Made by a program: the position numbers and the translations under genes
The notes under the pieces: generated by a model
The model's database searches: none
Seen by the model: the letters and a program-made list of their open reading frames with translations, nothing else
Told to the model about the DNA's origin: nothing
Part shown: positions 39,101 through 47,367 of the stretch, piece after piece
How the letters are laid out: every line of letters begins with the position of its first letter
Numbering within the stretch: the first letter of the stretch is position 1
Assembly: GCA_964544545.1 (NCBI GenBank)
Contig: CAZJCG010000001.1
Coordinates: 38,073 to 102,072, forward strand
From: an uncultured Lentimicrobiaceae bacterium
GTDB lineage: Bacteria > Bacteroidota > Bacteroidia > Bacteroidales > UBA4417
Direction: 5' to 3'
Length of the DNA stretch: 64,000 nt

Positions 39101-39573
39101 CCATGACTGCTTTCCACCGGAAAGTTTCGGATGTTACCCGTGCCGTGCAAGGAACGGAACAGTATGCTCAGGGTCTATGGAAAAGATCGAAAGACATCAT
39201 TCAGGCATTGGATGCATCTCCCGCTGCAACACCCGAATTGCTGAAAAAAGCTCAGGATATAAACATGCAACTCGACAGCCTTCTTAACCGGAAATTCAAC
39301 CGGCGATCAGAAAGACCCAGCGATGAAGAAAATCCTCCTGCTCCTGTTCCCCTTAATAACCGGTTATACAAGGTCTCCTGGGCTTGCTGGGCTTCAACGG
39401 CTACTCCGACGCAAACGCAACAGGATGCCCTGGCAATCCTCATGGAAGAATTCCCGCCCGTGTACCAGCTGATCAAACAAATAGGCGAAGTGGATATCCC
39501 TAACCTTGAAAAGGAACTGGAAAAGATCGGAGCACCTGTCACACCGGGCCGGTTGCCACAATGGAAGTTCTAG
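36196..39573 (+). CDS. sortilin/VPS10-like BNR (Asp-box) repeat beta-propeller protein
   Basis: 1125 aa with a signal peptide. At least 10 Asp-box motifs SxDxGxTW (STDGGKSF, TNDGGKTW, SVNGGESW, SSDRGASW, TEDGGKTW, SDDRGNTW, TDDGGKNW, STDKGKTW, SLDGGKIW). Confidence 0.75.
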   Translation: MKRHSLVNSLLIITMILATSFFMESRATLTHFRPTTGKVTSGDKTTAKVQEKKGKSGTRKNETASDTLKSATFGGLKWRSIGPALTSGRISDFAVNPANKSEWYVAVASGHVWKTVNNGTTFEPIFDNYGVYSIGCVTIDPNNANVVWVGSGENNHQRALGYGNGVYKSTDGGKSFSNMGLKESRQIGAVLIDPRNSDIVFVAAEGSVWGPGGDRGLYKTNDGGKTWKKVLGISENTGVNNVLLDPRNPDIMYASSEQRRRHVFTKIGGGPETAVYKSVNGGESWDKLTNGLPSVDMGGMGLAISPVNPDVIYAIIEAADDAGGFYRSSDRGASWQKMSSHTAQGQYYNEIYCDPKNVDKVYSMETVSQVTEDGGKTWRAIGNNKRHVDDHAFWVDKDDTRHFMIGSDGGIYESFDGGSNFVFKSNLPVTQFYRVQVDNSTPFYYVYGGTQDNNSLGGPSRNTSYSGVANDEWFITNGGDGFWSQIDPEDPNIVYAESQYGGMVRYDRKSQEAIDIRPEPRKGENSYQWNWNTPLLLSSHSHTRLYCAANKVFRSDDRGNTWQVISDDLTAGIDRNTWPVMGKYWPSDAVAKDISTSLFGTIVSLEESPLSENLLYAGTDDGLIRVTDDGGKNWTKVSSFPGVPENTYVSDILASKFDADVVYASFDNILRDDFKPYLMKSTDKGKTWTSISGNLPANGTVHSIQQDFINPDLLFAGTEFGFFFSLDGGKIWVQLKSGMPPIAVRDIAIQKRESDLVVGTFGRGIYILDDYSPLRTFKKEILEKDGYIFPVKDALMYLPSDSRYGQGSTYYQAKNPEFGAVFTYCSKEAPKSLKDIRKEKEAELFKKGEPIPQPTEEELRAEKNETAPYLTFLVTDESGNKVRMIRKNLSAGINRVNWDLRYQSNHSVEAGESPDPLNDPGSQVLAMPGKYNVTILLTSKGETSQVAGPVSFNCTVLNNLSLPATDRAAMTAFHRKVSDVTRAVQGTEQYAQGLWKRSKDIIQALDASPAATPELLKKAQDINMQLDSLLNRKFNRRSERPSDEENPPAPVPLNNRLYKVSWACWASTATPTQTQQDALAILMEEFPPVYQLIKQIGEVDIPNLEKELEKIGAPVTPGRLPQWKF

Positions 39574-39577
39574 ACAG

Positions 39578-40477
39578 CTATTCCATCCTGGCTCCGCATG
39601 AGATGCAGAATTTGGCATCCTCAACGACAGGAGCACCGCATTCGCCGCAGAATTTTGGCTTAGCCTGAGGTCCCTGGACTTCAGGCTTCCTTTCTGCAAC
39701 AGGCTGTTGGAAGGTATTTCTCTCCCTTTCAGGGATCACTGGTGCCGGCGCTGGTTTTACCCTGGCGGGAACTGTCCTGCGACTTTTCTTTCTCCTGAAA
39801 AACCATAATACGATCAGCAGAAGGAAGACGGCCAAAACGCCTCCTGCGATCACCAACGTATTGAGCCTGAACTGGCCTTTTGCGGCCCCGCCCGTGCCGT
39901 TGAATGCATTCATGCGCTCCTGCTCGTCAAAACCCACTACCGAGCCGAATCCGACATCAGTAGCCTTCAGAGCCTGGCCCGGCTCCAGCACAATAGTCTT
40001 TCCAATCTTGTCGCCTACCTTCAGCTGACCGCTGATCAGATGAGTGACAGAATTTTGCTGATCCGCCTGGATAAGAAATTCAGCCCCCCTGGCAAGACAG
40101 ACAATATCGGAAGTTATAACCTGAAAATTCGTCTCTTTGTTGATATTCAGCCAAAGCTCCCCCTTCCGGATCAATATCCCGGATTTTAAAAGCGTAATAT
40201 CCGTTGAAGGATTCAGCTTGATGATGCTTCCATCAGGAAAATTAACCTGAGCCTGGCTGTTCTCTTCCACCATGATCTGGTTATTCCTCGCAACGGCGAC
40301 ATCTTCATTGACTTTTGGAGATGCCAGCTCCTTCCCCAGCCCGTCGCGGACTGAAAGTTGGCCCTTGAGCAGGGTAACGGTGGCAACTTGTCCGGAGGCT
40401 TCCCCGCTGATGTATTGCTGCGCTGGTAATGCCCACACCAGGCCAAGAGTGAAGAGTGTGATGATCAGCCTTTTCAT
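39578..40477 (-). CDS. FecR-like domain protein with one TM helix and a C-terminal zinc ribbon
   Basis: Signal peptide MKRLIITLFTLGLVWALPAQ. FecR-like beta-rich ectodomain. TM LVIAGGVLAVFLLLIVLWFF followed by RRKKSRR. Pro-rich linker. C-terminal KFCGECGAPVVEDAKFCISCG (CxxC...CxxC). Confidence 0.65.
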   Translation of the reverse strand: MKRLIITLFTLGLVWALPAQQYISGEASGQVATVTLLKGQLSVRDGLGKELASPKVNEDVAVARNNQIMVEENSQAQVNFPDGSIIKLNPSTDITLLKSGILIRKGELWLNINKETNFQVITSDIVCLARGAEFLIQADQQNSVTHLISGQLKVGDKIGKTIVLEPGQALKATDVGFGSVVGFDEQERMNAFNGTGGAAKGQFRLNTLVIAGGVLAVFLLLIVLWFFRRKKSRRTVPARVKPAPAPVIPERERNTFQQPVAERKPEVQGPQAKPKFCGECGAPVVEDAKFCISCGARME

Positions 40478-40601
40478 ATTTTTTCCTGAAATGGCCCGGT
40501 GGTTCTGGCCATTTTCAGTCCAAATGTAGAAAGGAAAAGTGCATGATCACATCATGAGAATTGAATTTAAGTCCGCCCTATTCATAGGAACCGGCAACGG
40601 C

Positions 40602-41915
40602 CTAGCGGATAAACAGCTTTTCTTTCAGCGTTCTCTGGTCATTGGATACTGTAAGCATATAGATGCCGGATCTCAGTGAAAGATTCAGTATGGTGGGCTG
40701 GTTTCCTGGAACTTGTTTCAGGCAGACCGGTTTACCGGAGGCATCAACGATCTGCATTGTCACAATTCCTGTGCCCAGGCCCGGTTCAAGGGTAAAATGA
40801 CCGGAAGAGGGATTCGGATAGATGATAAGCGTATTTTTTGCAACGGGATCGCCTGTACCGGTTGTATTGATAACATTGGTCTGCTTTACCGTCGACCACT
40901 CACCATCGCCACAGGCATTGATGGCTTTTACACTTACACCGGCAATCCCTGAGAACAGCGGATTCCAGTTCACCGTTGCATTCATCCCATCGGGATTTAA
41001 AATGCCGGCATCAACAGGAGTGAGCTCCCACAGGTAGGAATCTGCATTTGTTGAACCGGAAGTACTGTATATGCTGAAGTTTTCTTCAGCCAGGTCAACA
41101 ATGGAAGGGCCTGCAGGCTCAGGCAGCTGCGCCGGAACAGATCCCACTGCAACAGCCAGATGGCTGGGTGCTCCGTTACCGGCCTGATTCGATCCAAAAA
41201 CGCTTACATTACCCGATGAAGCGTTTGAGCCAAAGCTGACGGAAACATTGGTTGTGCCCTGGCCTGACAGTATGGAAGCTCCCGCTGGTACTGTCCAGTT
41301 ATAACCGGTGGCTCCGGATATCGGGCCAACCGAATAGGAATAACTGTTCCCGGCACAGACTTCCGCGGGTCCTGAGATCGGTCCGGCGGCGCCCGGCAGG
41401 GATACCGTCTGTTCATTTACTACCAGCGTGCTTAACCTGACCGGTCCCGGCTTATTCCTTGCAAAGGCTCCGTAAAATGTTACCTGACCTGTTCCGGCCG
41501 GTGGGGCTGTCCAGGTAAACGTCCAGGAACTCACCGAGGTATTGGCGCTAACATGGGTCACATACTTGTTGTTCCCCACCAGTTGATTGTTGGCACCTGC
41601 CGTAAGGGTACCCAGAAGATCTCCTGCCACATTCTGCGGAGATACCTCAAATCCAAACTTCCCGGACCCTGTGATCTGGTTTGTCGCTGTAATCTGGTAC
41701 GATTGCCCCGGCGTGTAACCCGATGCCGGGATGTTGGAAGTAATCCATCCGGTAACGGAAGTGGGCGTACCTCCATGGCATTCGGTACAATTGCTCCCGT
41801 CACCGGGAGAACCTGTCTTGGCAGGTGGTGCGCCGGTAGGATAAAATGCGATAAAACTGCTCAGTACGAGCAGCGAGGAGATGCTGATTATCAAGGGTAA
41901 ACGTCGGACTTTCAT
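40602..41915 (-). CDS. T9SS C-terminal-sorting-domain protein with an N-terminal CxxCH-containing domain and PKD-like repeats
   Basis: ATG at 41915 gives the signal-anchor MKVRRLPLIISISSLLVLSSFIAF. GSPGDGSNCTECHGG motif. Two repeats of the type CAGNSYSYSV..ISGATGYNWTVP. C-terminal IYPNPSSGHFTLE...LFIR, typical of type A T9SS sorting domains. Confidence 0.7.
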   Translation of the reverse strand: MKVRRLPLIISISSLLVLSSFIAFYPTGAPPAKTGSPGDGSNCTECHGGTPTSVTGWITSNIPASGYTPGQSYQITATNQITGSGKFGFEVSPQNVAGDLLGTLTAGANNQLVGNNKYVTHVSANTSVSSWTFTWTAPPAGTGQVTFYGAFARNKPGPVRLSTLVVNEQTVSLPGAAGPISGPAEVCAGNSYSYSVGPISGATGYNWTVPAGASILSGQGTTNVSVSFGSNASSGNVSVFGSNQAGNGAPSHLAVAVGSVPAQLPEPAGPSIVDLAEENFSIYSTSGSTNADSYLWELTPVDAGILNPDGMNATVNWNPLFSGIAGVSVKAINACGDGEWSTVKQTNVINTTGTGDPVAKNTLIIYPNPSSGHFTLEPGLGTGIVTMQIVDASGKPVCLKQVPGNQPTILNLSLRSGIYMLTVSNDQRTLKEKLFIR

Positions 41916-42237
41916 AGGATTGGGTTTAAGGTCCAAAAGGTTAATATGGACTAAACAATTGAAGTTGGGCATCTGTTCATCAGTCGGTCAGAGCGCCTGA
42001 ATGCAGCAGAAAACTCCGGGAATTCCATAACTGCATAAGCCGGCGGAACACTATTGGGAATTTATCCTTTACCCCGCCAGGCGCCATTCGCAATCCATGT
42101 CCGGCTCTTTCGCATCCTGAATCCGTATTCCCCGGACATTTCATCCGTAGTTGCAACAGACTGTAAGGATAATGGATGATGATTGTCGGCCGCATATCAG
42201 GTTTCCGGTCCCGTAACCTTAGCAACCCTCTTTTTCC

Positions 42238-42245
42238 CTATTTTT
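42238..42245 (+). promoter_or_regulatory. candidate -7 promoter element for the sulfotransferase-flippase module
   Basis: tatttttg matches TAnnTTTG 48 nt upstream of the ATG at 42293. No clear -33 element. Confidence 0.3.
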
Positions 42246-42292
42246 GCCTGACCCTGCACACACCGTACAGGGAGTATATCCATTCATTCCCT

Positions 42293-43354
42293 ATGCCCGC
42301 CCAAACCGTCAGTCAGCAGGTAGCCAACATTCCCGTATTCTTCATCCTCGGTCGCCCGCGTTCAGGAACCACCCTGTTGCGAACCCTGTTCGACGCCCAC
42401 CCGAACGTTGCCACCCCGGTGGAATGTGCCTTTATCATCAACATGAGGCAGAAATATGCCGGTATCACACACTGGTCCAAAGAACTGCTGCTCGAGTTCC
42501 ATGAGGATGTACAGAAGCATATCAAGTTCGATACCTGGAACATTGACCTCGACAGGATGAAGGCCGATTTGCAGGATTGCGCAGGAGAGAACACTTTCCA
42601 GAACATCTGCAAGGTGGTGTATTTCGATTACATCTCCCTCTTCCCGAAAGAGGAGATCAAGTGGATCGGGGATAAGAATCCGGTATATGCCACCTATACC
42701 CCCGAACTGTTGAAGCTCTTCCCCGATTCCAAATTCATACATCTCGTCAGGGATCCAAGGGATAATATCATATCGCTCAAGAACGTCGACTTTGAGGGAC
42801 CGTTTACCGCATTGCTGGCCTATCGCTGGGTTCATTCCGCACGAAAGCTCTTCCACATCAAGAAAAAGTATCCGGGAAAGTTCTATACGATCCGTTATGA
42901 GGATCTGGTTACGGAGCCTCAGCGCTATTATCGTGAAATGTGCGATTTTCTCTCGATCCCTTACAACGATATCGTTTTCGATTTTTATAAGAAGCAGGGT
43001 GAGGCAATGCAGAAATTCAACATCGAAAAGATGATGAAGTATCACAAAAGCCTGTTCTCACCTATCAATAACTCGAAAGTAAATCTCTGGAAAACGCAGC
43101 TCCCTGACCGGGATATCAGGATCACCGAATTTGTTGCCGGCAAATGGACCCGCAAGTACGGATACGAGCGGAAATACCGTCATGCCGGATTGAAAGCTGT
43201 CGTTGTTTCAATTCCCTGGCTCATCTATGGCCGTTCCCTGTACCTTCTGCGCGATTTCATCGACCTTTTCCCGTTTAAACTGAAGATCGCCATCAAGAAC
43301 AGGGGTCCAGTCCTGGCCCGCACTTTTGTGAAACTAAGGAATCCCGACTCCTGA
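42293..43354 (+). CDS. sulfotransferase family protein (paralog 1) with a hydrophobic C-terminal tail
   Basis: PAPS 5'-phosphosulfate loop GRPRSGTT and 3'-phosphate motif HLVRDPRDNIIS. ATG at 42293 preferred over the extended ORF. C-terminal LKAVVVSIPWLIYGRSLYLL segment. Confidence 0.8.
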   Translation: MPAQTVSQQVANIPVFFILGRPRSGTTLLRTLFDAHPNVATPVECAFIINMRQKYAGITHWSKELLLEFHEDVQKHIKFDTWNIDLDRMKADLQDCAGENTFQNICKVVYFDYISLFPKEEIKWIGDKNPVYATYTPELLKLFPDSKFIHLVRDPRDNIISLKNVDFEGPFTALLAYRWVHSARKLFHIKKKYPGKFYTIRYEDLVTEPQRYYREMCDFLSIPYNDIVFDFYKKQGEAMQKFNIEKMMKYHKSLFSPINNSKVNLWKTQLPDRDIRITEFVAGKWTRKYGYERKYRHAGLKAVVVSIPWLIYGRSLYLLRDFIDLFPFKLKIAIKNRGPVLARTFVKLRNPDS

Positions 43355-43366
43355 TCATTCGAAACC

Positions 43367-44671
43367 ATGGCGCCGCGGAGTTTTCTGAAGGATATCAGCA
43401 GTGTGTTCGGCAGCAATCTGCTGGCTCTCACCAATGCTTTTCTGGTGGATGTAATCCTTTCGCGGCAACTGGGGCCTGAAGGACGCGGGTTATATATGTC
43501 CATCCTTGTGGTTCCGCTCATCGTGGTGAGTTTCGCCCTGCTAGGAATACGCCGTTCAGCCGTTTTCCATCTGGGGAAAAAGACATTCGACGAAAACAGG
43601 ACCGTTTCAGGGGTTCTCATCCTGCTGATCATCACCAGCGCACTGGCCGTTATCATCAGCGGGATTGCCCTGCTCATCACTAAACCCGAAGGCCTCACGG
43701 CACCCATGGCGATCCTTGCATTGCTCACCATCCCGGTAAAGCTGATCCTGGTTTACTCCGGAGGCATCTATATCGGGAAGGAAGAGTTCCGGCGGTCGAA
43801 CCTGCAGGTGTGGGTTCCGCAGTTCCTCAACCTCATTGGTATCATAGCCTTTGTTTGGATAGTTCGCTGGTATGTCCCCGGGGCTCTGCTGGCATTGTTA
43901 CTGGCTAACCTTGCTGTAGCCATCATATCACTGAATTACCTCAGCCGGAATTATACCATCCGGATCCGGCTCGACAGCGAAGTGATCGGAAGCCTGGCGC
44001 GTATGGGGATTGTTTACGCCCTGGCGGTCGTCATCATGCAACTGAATTACCGGGTTGATATCCTCCTGCTGCAGAAACTATCAACGCTCAAAGAAGTCGG
44101 GTACTATTCGCTGGGAGTGGCCATCAGCGATAAACTCTGGCAACTGCCATCCGCAATCGGACTGGTGGTAATGAGCCGCAGCGCCAACACCAACGACGAA
44201 TACCGGCTGAACAGGGATGTGGCCCGGCTGCTGAGATTATCATTCCTTCTGGTGCTGGCCGTCGCTGTGATCCTCTGGCTGATAATCCCATGGCTGCTGC
44301 CTCTCATTTTCGGCAGCCGTTTTACCCCCAGTGTTGCCATCGTGCAGTGGATGTTGCCGGGTATCCTGATGTTCGTGATCGTTCGCATACTCAGCGGAAG
44401 ATTTGCAGGACAGGGACAACCTTTGACACTCATCTCCATCTTCGTTCCTGCCCTGATCCTGAACATCCTCCTCAATTTCCTCTGGATCCCCTCACATGGT
44501 GGCATTGGCGCCGCCTGGGCCAGTAACGTGAGTTATACGGCAGGCGCCCTAGCCCTGCTCCTGGTCTACTCCGTCAAAATGCAAATCCCGATGTACGAGA
44601 TTGTCCGTTATCGTAAAAGCGATTTCGACTTCATCGCCAACTTCCTTAAGCGCAGGAGGAAACAGTCATGA
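43367..44671 (+). CDS. Wzx-like oligosaccharide/polysaccharide flippase (MOP superfamily)
   Basis: 434 aa and polytopic (12 or more hydrophobic segments). The N-terminal region SSVFGSNLLALTNAFLVDVILSRQLGPEGRGLY is typical of polysaccharide biosynthesis flippases. ATGA overlap with the next gene. Confidence 0.8.
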   Translation: MAPRSFLKDISSVFGSNLLALTNAFLVDVILSRQLGPEGRGLYMSILVVPLIVVSFALLGIRRSAVFHLGKKTFDENRTVSGVLILLIITSALAVIISGIALLITKPEGLTAPMAILALLTIPVKLILVYSGGIYIGKEEFRRSNLQVWVPQFLNLIGIIAFVWIVRWYVPGALLALLLANLAVAIISLNYLSRNYTIRIRLDSEVIGSLARMGIVYALAVVIMQLNYRVDILLLQKLSTLKEVGYYSLGVAISDKLWQLPSAIGLVVMSRSANTNDEYRLNRDVARLLRLSFLLVLAVAVILWLIIPWLLPLIFGSRFTPSVAIVQWMLPGILMFVIVRILSGRFAGQGQPLTLISIFVPALILNILLNFLWIPSHGGIGAAWASNVSYTAGALALLLVYSVKMQIPMYEIVRYRKSDFDFIANFLKRRRKQS

Positions 44672-45735
44672 CAGGAGAGGAGTTAAAAAGGATTGAACAA
44701 ACTCCGATGTTCTTCATCGTCGGAAGGCCCCGCACAGGCTCAACCCTTCTGCGAATGCTGTTCGATGCGCATCCCAACGTGGTCATTCCACAGGAGTGGC
44801 CGATGCTGATGGCCCTGTACCACCAGTTTGGGAATGTGAAAAAATGGGACGCCCCGACGCTCAACCGCTTCTATGATGCACTATTCCAAAAACTACGCAT
44901 CTCCTACTGGGAAATTCAAAACTGGCCGGAATTTGATGCCCGACGGCTGAAAGAATCGATCCTGGCATGCGAAGGGGAACATACCTTCGAAACGCTCTTC
45001 AAGGTAGTTTACAGCAGCTACCATTCTTATTTCGATAAAAAAGAGATCCTCCTGTTCGGAGATAAAAATCCGGTGTATTCCAATCAGGCAGATCAGCTTG
45101 CGAAGCTTTTCCCTACTGCAAAATTCATCCACCTGATCCGCGATTACCGCGACAACATTGTTTCGATGCTGGACGTGGATTTTGAAATGCCCAACACTAC
45201 ACTGCTGGCCTATCGGTGGAAGTATTCGATCGATACGATCAACCGGACGGCTGCCAGTTTCCCTGAGCGTTTTGTTACTCTCCGGTATGAAGACCTGGTT
45301 GCCGACCCTCAATCCCGCTTCGCCGAACTTTGTCATTTCCTTGAAATCCCGGAAGCCCCGTCGATTTTTGAATTTCAAGCCCGGAAAGAGGAATTGGAAG
45401 CTCATGTGCCGAAAGAACTGATAGATCGCTACTTTAAGAACCTGTTTAAACCGATCGACGCTTCCCGCGTAGGACTCTATAAAAACCGACTGAGCAGCAG
45501 GCAGATCCGCATAGCAGAACTTGTCGCCGGCAAAACTGGCAAAAATGCAGGCTATATTACGGCAAACACGCAATTCAGTCCGTTGCTGCGCCTCTGGACG
45601 TTCCCGGCAATTATATATGCAAAGTGGCTGTATTCCGTGGGTTGGCTGGTCTCCCTACTGCCTTACAGATGGATGATGTGGCTGTTGAATAAGCCTTCAG
45701 TGCTGGTGAAGATGTATACGAAACTGAAGAGGTAA
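44668..45735 (+). CDS. sulfotransferase family protein (paralog 2) with a hydrophobic C-terminal tail
   Basis: GRPRTGST and HLIRDYRDNIVS motifs. Alignable to paralog 1 through FFI[LV]GRPR, GDKNPVY, KFIHL, LLAYRW and RYEDLV. C-terminal LWTFPAIIYAKWLYSVGWLVSLL. Confidence 0.8.
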   Translation: MTGEELKRIEQTPMFFIVGRPRTGSTLLRMLFDAHPNVVIPQEWPMLMALYHQFGNVKKWDAPTLNRFYDALFQKLRISYWEIQNWPEFDARRLKESILACEGEHTFETLFKVVYSSYHSYFDKKEILLFGDKNPVYSNQADQLAKLFPTAKFIHLIRDYRDNIVSMLDVDFEMPNTTLLAYRWKYSIDTINRTAASFPERFVTLRYEDLVADPQSRFAELCHFLEIPEAPSIFEFQARKEELEAHVPKELIDRYFKNLFKPIDASRVGLYKNRLSSRQIRIAELVAGKTGKNAGYITANTQFSPLLRLWTFPAIIYAKWLYSVGWLVSLLPYRWMMWLLNKPSVLVKMYTKLKR

Positions 45736-45875
45736 AAATTCCTGACCGTTCTGTGAGTAAATCCCAATCAATTCCCGGTCACTAAACGGATTCGCATTCG
45801 TATACGTGCCAAACAGAAAAGCACTCCTGCTATGCTGCGCAGCAGTAAATACCGGTAATGCAATAAGTGTAGGAT

Positions 45876-46310
45876 TTACCTCAGGATTGTGAAACTCGTC
45901 TCAACAACCGTGTTGCCTTTGATCATGGCCCAAACGGGACAGTACTTATCTTCTGCAAGGGCGATAACCTTCCGGACATCTTCATCCGAAGCATCCTGTG
46001 ATGTGAGGCTTATGTCAAGATGAATGGATTCAAATCCGGTCGGGTGTTCTTCTTTTCTGAATCCTTTAGCCTGAATCTCAAAATGGGTGATCGTTTTGTT
46101 CATTCTCCGGAGAAATGTCAGCATTGCGCTGCCCAGACAGGAGGATAGGCTCAGAAGCAGCAATTCAAGGGAAGTATATCCCTGATCGTCGCCAAGCGGG
46201 GCAATGTAATCGATTGAAACAGGCTCATTATTGTCGACGGAGCCAATGAAATGGAGTTTATCGTTAACCAGCTTAAGGGAAGCGTGTAACTCTTTCGACT
46301 TGTCAATCAT
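45876..46310 (-). CDS. OsmC family peroxiredoxin-like protein
   Basis: 144 aa, with the two conserved Cys regions (LSSCLGS and KYCPVWA) typical of OsmC/Ohr. Confidence 0.85.
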   Translation of the reverse strand: MIDKSKELHASLKLVNDKLHFIGSVDNNEPVSIDYIAPLGDDQGYTSLELLLLSLSSCLGSAMLTFLRRMNKTITHFEIQAKGFRKEEHPTGFESIHLDISLTSQDASDEDVRKVIALAEDKYCPVWAMIKGNTVVETSFTILR

Positions 46311-46481
46311 AATCTGGAAATTAAGAGGTTAGAGAAATTCTTATACTGACTTGATTATTTTGTTACGCCGCAAGACTTTGATCAGATGGCATGAGTTTTC
46401 TGTTCACGACAATCTTTCCGGTACAAATCTACCGGTAATAATGGTTACAACGATTACTATCCGACACGTTCCGATTTACAA

Positions 46482-47366
46482 TTAATTATTCCGGATGACC
46501 GCCTTATCTGAATAGATGGTCTTATTCTCCTTTGACAATGCTACCATGGTATCGAACAATTCCTGAGAGTGTGCAACAAAGAAACGATTCCCTCTGATTC
46601 TGAAGTTTTCACAAACAGACTTGTTCACATATTTATTCATGAAAGCTGTTATGTCATTATTCTTTATCTGCGGATGCGCTACCAGCGTTTTGACAATTTT
46701 TACGGAACCGTCCGGCATTTTCACTTTTGCATCATATACCTTATCTAACCTCGTTTTTATCGGGAACTTGCTTTTCAGGACATCTTCCGGGCAATGAACA
46801 AAAGAAATGAAGTTGGTATCTACGCCAATCCCGATTATTATTCCCTTATACTTCATTATTTTATAATAGGGACTTGATTCATCGCAGGGATATATGGATT
46901 CCCCGTGCCCGCCGACAATATCACCGGCATTTCGTCCGATGGCCACAATCGAATTGATCGGATGTATACTTCTTACTGCAGTGGGATATCTTCTGGCAAT
47001 TTCTGAAAGCAGGCCTAACACCGAAGGTGATCGCTTTACATCAAAAACAAGGTCTTTCGCAAGATAATCCTCTGCCCTGGATGTGATATGCCAGGCAGGA
47101 AACACCAATGTACCGCTATCTCCGACACTTTCGAGCAGGATTTCGAACAACCGGTAAACAGAAAACTGAATGTTTAAAGCATCTATGGAGCTATGAATAA
47201 ATAATACAGATCCTTCGCGAACCCCTATCCGGTCGTGGAGAATGTCCCTGAAATCCTGTTCTGATAATGGCTTGTATATCTTTTTTAAAATCCGCCTGTA
47301 CACTGTTCTTAATGAAATGAAAACGTCGACAGGCAGAATCTGGAAGATTAATTTTTTTATCCCCAT
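46482..47366 (-). CDS. AAC(3)-family N-acyltransferase-like protein
   Basis: SVLFIHSSIDAL....LLESVGDSGTLVFPAW matches the N-terminal signature of aminoglycoside 3-N-acetyltransferase-fold proteins. Last gene of a tightly packed five-gene operon. Confidence 0.6.
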   Translation of the reverse strand: MGIKKLIFQILPVDVFISLRTVYRRILKKIYKPLSEQDFRDILHDRIGVREGSVLFIHSSIDALNIQFSVYRLFEILLESVGDSGTLVFPAWHITSRAEDYLAKDLVFDVKRSPSVLGLLSEIARRYPTAVRSIHPINSIVAIGRNAGDIVGGHGESIYPCDESSPYYKIMKYKGIIIGIGVDTNFISFVHCPEDVLKSKFPIKTRLDKVYDAKVKMPDGSVKIVKTLVAHPQIKNNDITAFMNKYVNKSVCENFRIRGNRFFVAHSQELFDTMVALSKENKTIYSDKAVIRNN

Positions 47367-47367
47367 A

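Noticed and set aside
45825-45850. 12-nt perfect palindrome tgctgcgcagca downstream of the second sulfotransferase as a terminator.
   Set aside because: The stem is too short once a loop is allowed (4 bp), and there is no T-tract.
46482-47366. Reading the AAC(3)-like gene as an aminoglycoside resistance determinant.
   Set aside because: It is the terminal gene of a tightly packed operon with an adenylase, a carrier protein, a GNAT and a deacetylase-like enzyme. No mobile-element context is adjacent. A biosynthetic N-acyltransferase role is more parsimonious, though resistance activity cannot be excluded from sequence alone.
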